Assembly: GCA_951406725.2 (NCBI GenBank)
Contig: OX597830.1
Coordinates: forward strand, 12,090,001-12,154,000
DNA length: 64,000 nt
DNA from: Octopus vulgaris
Taxonomy: Eukaryota
Direction of reading: 5' to 3'
Shown here in pieces: positions 54,900-64,000 of this stretch; position 1 is the first letter of the stretch, and every line of letters starts with the position of its first letter. The notes below the pieces were generated by a model, which did no database searches, was not told where the DNA came from, and saw only the letters and a program-made list of their open reading frames with translations. The translations under genes were made by a program, and so were the position numbers.

Positions 54900-55850
54900 T
54901 TTCATTCCTGTTTTAATGATTTTGTTCTGTTATATACATACCAGCTGAATTGGTACAGTGTCTATAGCTAATCTTCATTTGGGCAGCTATCATATCACTG
55001 CATTTAAAGCTGGAGTTTAGACACAAATTTCTACCAACACCTATTCGCCTTATCAAAGGGATTAGTGGTTTGTTTGTTTCCCTGCTAACTAGAACTTTGG
55101 TCTTTGCTAAGTTAACCTTAAGGCCCTCTGATTCCAGGTTTTGCTTCCACACTTGGAATTTCATTTCTAATTCCACTACAGTTTCAACCGTAAGAACGAA
55201 GTCATCAGCATAGAGGAACTTTCACAAGCAACCCATCTGAAACTCCTCCGTTTTGGCCTGGAGAACTATGAAAAATAGGGGGGGACTGAGAACTGAACCT
55301 TGTTGAATACTTACCTGCACACTAAATTCATTGCTGTATGCATTGTCAACTTTTATTTTACTGACAACACACCTGTAAATTACTTGGACAGCTCTCACCA
55401 ACCATTTATCTACTTTTAGCTTGTGCATTACCACCAGGTGAGGAAGCTAGGGACCTTGTCAAAGGCTTCTCCATAATGATAAATGCAAAGTATAGTACTT
55501 TATTTTTGGCTAACTACTTACTAAAAAGAAAGCATCAATGGTATTCTTCCCTGGTACAAAACCAGACCGTTCCTCACCTATGTTCTCTTCTAAATTAGTT
55601 GAGTTATTACCCTTTCTGTAACTTGAATGACTTTGTCTGGCAATTTAATACCACTGGGACTATTTCTCTCTGAGGCATCTTCTTTGCCCTTCTAGGAGTT
55701 AACTACAATACTTCTACACCAGTAGTATGATGCCTCTCTGTACTACATAATTAACTATACAGGTTACTAGGCTGTATCCCACTTTGCCAGGTAATTTAAA
55801 CGTCTCAGCTTTCCCCGTCTTTGTATCCTTGTCTTATCTAACATACTACT
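54900..55850 (-). mobile_element. LINE reverse-transcriptase fragment (RTE-like)
   Basis: QGSVLSPPLF, LYADD (55201-55215) and GLKVNLAKTKVL motifs, with frameshifts. Confidence 0.88.
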
Positions 55851-56593
55851 GTCAACTACAATGGCCAGTCCCACAGGCTGGTTCATTAGAAAGACTCCTC
55901 TTCTCCCATGCCTTCTCCATATTTAATAGCCTCTCCCATAGTAGCCGTTCCATACTTCTTTCTGTTCAGAATTACTCAGCGCAGGTGTACTAACATCCAG
56001 TCATCCATCCATACACACTGTCTTGCAACTAGAACACCATATGCCTCTAGCTCTCATGCCATAGGACATTGGTAGATCTCTTCCTTTCTACTTCTCTTCT
56101 TACTAGATAAACCTATTGCCTAGCCTCTCTTCTGGGTACCTGCAACATTTTTCTGCCACCTCTATTTTCCCAATCCTTCCTTTTATGGTGCTACTTCATT
56201 GTTCCTCCATGACATTACCTTTCGTCTGGCTGAAACTTTATACCAGCCACAAAGTTGGTTTGTTGCTGTCAGTAGGTTGTCCCATAACAAGCTCCAGTTA
56301 TTCTGCATGTTTATACATCTCTAGCTCCTCCTTCTCGTTAAATGCCTCAATTAGAATGTCTCTAAATCTCTGACTGTTCAATTGATCTTTAAAGCTTCCA
56401 TACTTGAACTTCTCTTGCTTCAGTGGACCTCCACTCACATGTAGATTGCACTGCACAGGCCTCCTTGAAAGGATAAGGGTCTCAGTCTTCACAGCACTGA
56501 TTTTCATTCCTGCTGAGCAGCTCTCAGTAGCAAATCTATCAAATGTATTCCACAGATCATTTTCTAATGAGTTGAGTAGTACTATGATGTCTG

Positions 56594-56934
56594 TGGAAGC
56601 GCAATGGCCCAGTGGTTAGGGCAGCGAACTCGCGGCCATAGGATTGTGGTTTCAATCTCAATACCTGACTATACATGTTAATCCTGACCATAAAGATCAT
56701 AAATAGAGGAGGTGATAGTATGTACCCTTGGCTGTACTCTTTCACCACAACTTTCTCTCACTCTTACTTCCTGTTTCTGACTCTTATCTTATACTCCAGC
56801 CATTTATCCTGTTCTCCTACTGAGTCATCCACAACAAGTCCCATGTAATGCAGTTGTATTCCTTTAACAGACTGTTCTGTTGATTCAGATCAACCAGAAC
56901 CCTCATCGTCGTAACCGACGGAGTGCTTCCATCC
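56594..56934 (+). mobile_element. Rearranged family D-related SINE with 13-bp TSD, inserted in a LINE RT fragment
   Basis: Head tggaagcgcaatggcccagtggttagg, tail gtcgtaaccgacggagtgc; TSD actatg(a/c)tgtctg at 56581-56593 and 56935-56947. Confidence 0.65.
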
Positions 56935-57300
56935 ACTATGCTGTCTGAAAATTCCAGCCAACTGATCCTACATCTGCCAATCTCAATACCACTTCCATTA
57001 TGGCTTCCTCCACAAAGAAATCATGGTTTACACTGATGTTTTTTACAGTTATAAACCCTAACACTTAACCACTGGGTATCCTGTTCTCCTACTGAGTCAT
57101 CCACAAGTCCCATGTAATGCAGTTGTATTCCTTTAACAGGTCTACAAAACAAGAATACGTCTCTTGACCATACTCTCCCAATTTCCAGAAGACCTGCCAC
57201 TGTGTGAATATTTACTTTGAATTATGGCTTCCTCCACAAAGAAATCATGGTTTACACTGATGTTTTTTACAGTTATAAACCCTAACACTTAACCACTGGG
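56805..57300 (+). repeat. Interleaved direct duplications A-X-B-A-Y-B
   Basis: A = 56805-56870 and 57077-57139 (3-nt indel); B = 56997-57076 and 57221-57300 (80 bp, identical by eye). Confidence 0.92.
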
Positions 57301-57989
57301 TTTTGTTAAAAAATTGTAACAGATTTACTGCCTAAATAAACAGAAGCAGAGACATATATTTTTCTTAGAATAGTCCTTTTGAAACACTTATAAGCTCAGA
57401 GACAATCATTCTGCTATCCATTACAAGTGTAGTAGTTGTTGACTTGGATTTGTGAGCCTTTCAGTGGCAGCAACTAAAATGAAAGCAGGTAATTTTGCTA
57501 ACAGGAATGATTTCAGTAACTAAGAGTAGAGAATAGGATTATACACCTTGTTGTAATCAAGCTAAGCTTTCACAAGTTTTCTGTGATATTTTCTTAGTTT
57601 AGGGAGTGTAACTCTATTTATCAAATGTTGCTTGGCCCATCCTACATGTACTTCTTACCATCTGTCTGTTCATAAGTATATTTTTGGAATGACAATGGTC
57701 TTGATGAATTGGTTGAGACATCTAGTGTAAAATGTATATATAATGTTTATGTATGTATGCATGTATATATGTACATATGTATGTATGCACACACACACAT
57801 ATGCATGCACACACATGTATGCACACACGCATATGCATGCATACACACGTATGCACACACACACATATACACACACACATTCATAAACAGAAATAGGGAT
57901 TCAACAAGAAAGATAATAGTTGAGATTAGGACATAATATTAACATTGCTATCCTTCTAAAAATCCAGGAATTGCAATGGTGGAGAGTAT

Positions 57990-58121
57990 ATATTAGCCAA
58001 AATTCAGAGAAGTGAGAGATGAAATACCTTTTTCACTTGTGACTGGATACAGACTATGAAACAGCTGTTGACAAATGGAATGAATATTTCAACTCTCACT
58101 TCTCAGAATTTTGATTAATAT
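57990..58121. repeat. Imperfect inverted repeat (~37-bp arms) around gaaacagctgt
   Basis: atattagccaaaattcagagaagtgagagatgaaata pairs with tatttcaactctcacttctcagaattttgattaatat. Confidence 0.8.
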
Positions 58122-58959
58122 CTGTCTGTCTGCCTGTTAATGTATATATATATATATATATAGTTTTGAGTAAGACCACACTTGAGATCAAGTTAAGAGG
58201 AAAGAGGGAGAGGAAAAGGTTAGGAGTGGGAGGCAAGGAGCATGATTACTCCTAGAAATTTGGACTTCCATAGTAAGAATGACATAAATTTGGTCAGACT
58301 GTCAGACTGCATATATACAGATAGCTTCCTTGATGTGTACATGTACAGTTGTACAGACATATATGCAAGTAAAAATGCAATGGGATATGTGCCCTTATAC
58401 AGACACACTAATACTTAAACCTATACTTAAACATGAGCACAAAACAAGAATCTTGATAGAGAAAGTGGAGGGGAAAAGATACTAGAAATAGATGAGATAG
58501 CTGGAAGGATGGAAGGCAGAATCAAAGGAATTTGCAGTATATTTTCATACTTCGTAGAGCAAAGATTAATATGCTGCATCTGAGATGCTTTCACTTGTGT
58601 TTGTGGGTCTCATTTTCTGGGTTACAAGAAATATTTCTTCTGAAGGGTCATATTGGGTGTGGGTAAGTATGAAAGAAGTCTTGATCAGAACGTTACATTG
58701 ATTTTCATTATTTTTGAAGCAGGGGAGTAGAGGCTTAGAGAAGATTGAGGCATTCATTTCATCCTTTGACATGGTTGAGCAACCAATCCTAACCAGTGAG
58801 GATTCACAATACGATTGAATTTCGTGCCCTATCCAGGTGCTCAATTCAGTCATACTGTTCATCCCCTTGATTACTAATATGAAAACATAGCTCATGATGC
58901 CTCTTTTCCGGTGACTTATCAGAGTCACCATCTCACCTATGCAACTGCTTGGCAGAGAA

Positions 58960-59187
58960 GCGGCGAGCTGGCAGAATTGTTAGCACGCCGGGCGAAATAC
59001 TTAATGGTATTTCATTTGTCATTACGTTCTGAGTTCAAATTCCGCTGAGGTCGACCTTGCCTTTCATCCTCTCGGAGTCGATAAATAAAGTACCAGTTTC
59101 GCACTGGGTTGATGTAATCGACTTAATCCCTTTGTCTATCCTTGTTTGTCCCCTCTATTTTTAAGCCCCTTGTGGGTAGTAAAGAAA
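58960..59187 (+). mobile_element. SINE family B, young full-length copy
   Basis: gcggcgagctggcagaa...gagttcaaattccgctgaggtcgac...; CpGs retained. The tail matches 3229-3340. Confidence 0.88.
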
Positions 59188-60089
59188 TATATATTCCATT
59201 GATCTTTCCACATACAAATTAGTCATCTCCTTTATTTCTTTCTTCATTTCTTATACAAACTCGGTGGCTGTTGACTCTCCTGAGTTCTGCTATTTGTTGG
59301 GTTTTGTTTTTTATCCTGCAGGGTGTCCTTGTAATCACCCTCCTCATCAGGCAAACTTGGTGGGATTGCTGGCTTAGTTGCTGATAACTTGATTATGTGA
59401 CAGGTGTGGCGTGGCTGGCGTTAGGAAGGGCATCCAGCTGTAGAAACACTGCCAGATCAGACTGAGGCCTGGCACAGCCTTCTGGCTTCCCAGACCCCAG
59501 TTGAACCGTCCAACCCATGCTAGCATGGAAAACGGACGTTAAACGATGATGATGTTGTACTGGGTTACATATTGCCAGTAGCATACAGTAGTGACCTGAC
59601 ATTTTAAAGCATTTATGGGGATTCACCTGTAAAAAGTGGAGGTTACAGAATGGTGAACGAAAGTAGCTGGATTACAGAGTGGAAAGAAATCTAGTGAAGA
59701 GGCTGGTGGATGTATGGCAGTGGATGGGGAACAGTTGTCTAACTAACAGGTGACTTGGGCTCAGCAGTGGAGGGCATCCATGAGTGTTTGGGGCATATAA
59801 TGCAGAGGTGTGGTATCAGAGTAGTTGTAAGAAAGTTCAGAATTACTGTGTGTAGGATGTCAGGAATAAAAGTTGGGATAAAAGTAGGGTCTGTAGGTTT
59901 ACAATAAACAGAGTTGGAGAGGTAGATAATTTTGATAGAGACAAAAATATCAAGGAAGTTGACTTGTAATAGATATGGTAGTTATAAATTCATCTAAGTT
60001 AGTGTTTCTCTTGTTATATTTCTTATAGTATTAGTATATATGCTTCCTGTGTGTGTGTGTGTGTGTAAGTATAGAAATATATGTTAGCG

Positions 60090-60393
60090 TCGGTGGCACG
60101 TGAAAAGCTCCATCCGACTGTGGCCGTTTGCCAGCCTCGCCTGGCCCCCGTGCCCGTGGCACGTAAAAAGCTCCATCTGACTGTGGCCGTTTGCCAGCCC
60201 CGTCTGGCACCTGTGCCAGTAACATGTAAAAATCACCCACTACACTCACGGAGTGGTTGGCTTAGGAAGGGCATCCAACTGTAGAAACATTGCCAGATCA
60301 GACTGGGCCTGGTGCAGCCTTCTGGCCTCCCAGACCCCAGTTGAACCGTCCAACCCATGCTAGCATGGAAAGCAGATGCTAAATGATGATGAT
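60090..60393 (+). mobile_element. Family C repeat with tandem head units
   Basis: Two ~63-bp ggcacgt(g/a)aaaagctccatc units, then the conserved body and (gat)n tail; a related partial copy lies at 59405-59553. Confidence 0.85.
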
Positions 60394-63300
60394 ATACACA
60401 CATACAGTGATATTTGCATAAGCATTATTTCTATTCATGTGCATAAGGTTTATTAATGCTTATAAATAAATGGTGAAATCAATAGGAAATGAACAACAGA
60501 ATTTTTCAATTTCTGTTGTATATTTTGCTTCCCTTAGTAGCTTATGTGTGTATTTTAGTTCATTGCTCTGTGCATCTGTCCATCAGTGATGGATAGATGA
60601 ATTTTTCCATATTGGTACTCATATTAAGTGACCTATTCCAAAGAATAAGTTACTGGATTTAAGTACCAGTTTGGATATGTTTAGTTCTTGCATTAGTTTA
60701 CTTATCAGAGTATCATCTAGAATTGTGTTTAATAAGAAATAGCTTATGTTAAGATGCAATTCTTTATTAAATGATATAAAAGCACTTTGTACTTAAATAA
60801 GATTTGTGGTAGAGTGGAAAATTCCTCTTGATTTGAAACTCAAATCTTAATATGGATATAATCACCAAGAGAAAAATAAGAATAATTAGACTAGACACAA
60901 ACGTATACACATACACATATATATAGAAATAATATAAACTTACACACGAAATCTTTATTGACTAAGAAAATGATGGATCAGTACTAAATTTTTATTCTTG
61001 ATTTCCTACAAAATTAATTAATTCTGATCATTAGTCATTCAAAATTCAAATATATATATAAATATGAAACAAAATTATAGGAAAGGTAAATTTCGAAATA
61101 AATGCTGTAAAAATATAAATTTTAAATTTAGATTTAGTGTTTTGTTTAATTATATTTTCCTAAGCTTTTTAATCTGAAATTTTTGATATGTTTGTTTTTC
61201 TTTCACTGTTTCATAATTCCAAAAATGTTTATTTCATCCATTCATAGTTCTAGAATGTTGAGCAATTTTAGATTTACTTTTCAGATAGTTTCATCAACAT
61301 TACATTTACCTGCTACTTCCTTCAGTGGTTGCTTCTCTCCTGCTGACCACTTACTGTGTTTTGCTTCTCTTTCAGTGTCCAATGTGTGTGTTCTTGCAGC
61401 TATTAGTGTTTGTAATATTGTTTTGTATTGCATGTTGCATTGATGTAATTTGGACCATTGCATAAAACTTAATTTCAGTTGACTTAGATCAGTACAAGTG
61501 AGAATGTTTCATGTAATGCATTTCCATTTTAAAATATGATTAAGGTTTGATAGATGGATATCAGGATATTAAGATAGTTAATGCCTCTCGTTGGTTTCCA
61601 AAAACTGGACAGGAGTCGGAACACGTAGGACGGAATAATAGGAGCAGATTCAATCAACTGCAACTTCATAATTGATAAAAATGAACATGGCGGTGCCCCA
61701 GCATGGCCACAACTCGTGAGCTGAAACTAGATAAAATGAAAAGATGATAAAAATGAAACATCAGAGAAGATAACACACACACACACATGCACACACACAT
61801 GCACACACAAACACACACACTCACACACGTACACACATGCACTATTAACATTATACCTTTCCAAATGGTAATTTGAAATTAAATGACAAATTCAATTTTG
61901 AATCTCTCATTTGGTGCCAGTAACACCATGCTGGTTTTCCACTGACCTTTTTCCAAATTAGATAAAGCATCTTTCTACTTTTACTAAAAATGTTTATCTT
62001 CTCTGCTTTTTTTTTCTTTTGCCTGCTTCACCAAAACCTATTAACAATTTAATTCTGAACAGTCAATGTATGCGTGTGTGTCTGTCTGTGTATGCATGTA
62101 CATATATTAAGTACTGTGCATATGTGTGTGTGTATGTATAGTTTATTAGGCATTTCATTCTTGGTTTTATGAATTAGAAAATAATTTACCAAGTACAATG
62201 AAACAAATAAATATATTTCATGCTAATCTTCCAGATGGCTTTTATCATAGATGTAGAAATGCAAATAAATTTATGGCATCAATAATATACAATGGACTTT
62301 CTGAATATGGTCCAAATTACATGATGTTTCAATCTATTAATTTAAAGTTTTTGTTACGCATAGATTCTGATACATTATTATATTTATTTCAGTTTTCTTT
62401 TTATTAATTCTCTTTATTTTCTTATTTGTTGTTTAATTTTCATTTTGCAATTTTATTTCTATGTTATTATTCTAACAAGAATTTTATCATTTAGATTTTT
62501 AATCTTCAATTCCTAAACTACTACGGATAGTGCATTCTTTCCATATCATATTTAAAAAGATATTTATAATTACCACTTAATTATCATACTTATTTTAGGT
62601 TAACCCTAATTTCCCAATTAAAACTTCCAAAGTGATTATTATTATAGCAGATCGCTGTATTACTTAAAAACTTATGTGATCTTTTTCATTTTGGAAAAAT
62701 TAACAAATAGAATATTACTGTACTAATTAATAAATTATATACATTTTTTTATCAGATATTTTGTACACTGATAGACATAATAGTTGATTTATTTTGCAAA
62801 ATCTCAATAGCGCTTAAAGATGGTAAGATAAACTTCAAGTAACTTAGGTGAATTATCACAGAAATGTACCCAGTTTTTAATAAAGTAAAAAAAAAAGAAG
62901 ATAATTATAGGCTGAAATAAATTTAGTTTTATGCTACGACTGAAATTAATGAGCAAATCACTGAATGCTTGACAAGAATTTTTGAAGATTAATTTGATTG
63001 CATTTTGTTTGTAAATAAGTTATTTTAAGATTTCATTTTGTTTCTTTTGACAGGATTTTGATTGTCTTGAGTTACTTTTTATTTTCTTTTGTTTTCCTCT
63101 TTTGAACATTTTAAAGTCATACACCATATAAATCAGGGTATTTAGTTTCCATACATTCTGCCAGAAAGTTTTCATAATGTCTGCACAAAAACTGCAGAAA
63201 TATATTTTGAATTATACTGTAATTATTTTGCTTTGCAAATTTGATATGATGGCAATTAATAATACCAATATGAATAATTAATGATTTATTGCTGAGAATA

Positions 63301-64000
63301 TAAGCAGCTCCAAATGTTACTAAATATTCCTGAGTCTAATACTTAATATTTAACTGATTTTGGAAATCATCACTAAAATTGAAAGAAAGTAATATTTTTG
63401 AAGTAATTTTAAAGGGTTTCTTTTGAAACAATATGACATAAGCAATTTTAAAATATTTCTTTTGAAAATAATCATTGACTTAAAATGTTGAAAGAGTTAA
63501 TAACTGATGTTTTGATTTAAAAAATTTTTATTAAGCAATGTTGAGTACTATATTTTCAAAATGTTATATTAGATTTATTTGTTGCTTCATTATTTATCTA
63601 GGCCAATTCTACTGTAGTATACTCAATATACTATTTTTGTATGAAAACTATTTTTCTATTTCTATTTTATAAGTTATAAGAACTGATATATCATTAGTTT
63701 TAATTATGATGGTATTTCATTTTAAACAGAACTACTTTTAATATTGTTTTATTTTACGATATTTTAGTCAATAATCTCAAATTTATGTATTTCAATGATA
63801 CTTAAACTATAATATAAAATCAATACGATGCGAACTCGCCCTTTTCTTTTACTATTGATAAATATTTATCTTTTCTATTAGTAATCATATTAGGTTTTTA
63901 GTTATGAAACTTAAATGTCTATAAAATTGGTATTTTTTCTGAAATTATATACATGTTTAAGTGAATAAGCCTACGCATAGTAAGGATGAAAGGCAAAGTT

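Noticed and set aside
60090-60240. CRISPR-like or array-like tandem units (also at 28180-28330 and 14420-14640)
   Set aside because: Eukaryotic repeat family with homologous units, no unique spacers and no cas genes.
61240-61463. Possible pogo/Tigger HTH fragment on the minus strand
   Set aside because: Only faint resemblance and no TIRs identified; too weak to call.
63054-63105. Candidate PCBP terminal exon after ttttgacag
   Set aside because: It would encode only low-complexity ILIVLSYFLFSFVFLF*, with no similarity to PCBP C-termini.

Overview
AT-rich, repeat-dense eukaryotic (animal) genomic DNA. The SINE/MITE families and microsatellite load are typical of a coleoid cephalopod (octopus; inference). 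The window lies inside one large + strand gene for a three-KH-domain poly(rC)-binding protein (PCBP/hnRNP E family; PCBP3-like, Drosophila mub-like). I traced eight GT-AG coding exons (19494-39400, 875 nt, phases consistent) covering most of KH1, all of KH2, the linker and KH3. The ATG exon, the expected EVGSIIGK microexon and the terminal exon were not found and probably lie outside the window. The introns hold tRNA-derived SINEs, RTE, R4/Dong-type and Penelope fragments, Tc1/mariner and piggyBac-type MITEs, and microsatellites. Almost all ORFs in the supplied track are microsatellite or TE artefacts. The most notable features are: (1) a 115-bp copy of the KH2-exon splice acceptor in the next intron, creating a candidate poison/truncating exon; (2) degenerate minimal hammerhead-ribozyme-like motifs in Penelope-type repeats; (3) a mariner foldback with long inverted arms; (4) a 1061-bp tandem duplication whose differences all sit in a zinc-finger LINE tail; (5) strong co-orientation of SINEs with the host gene. 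No fully new biological system can be demonstrated from sequence alone.
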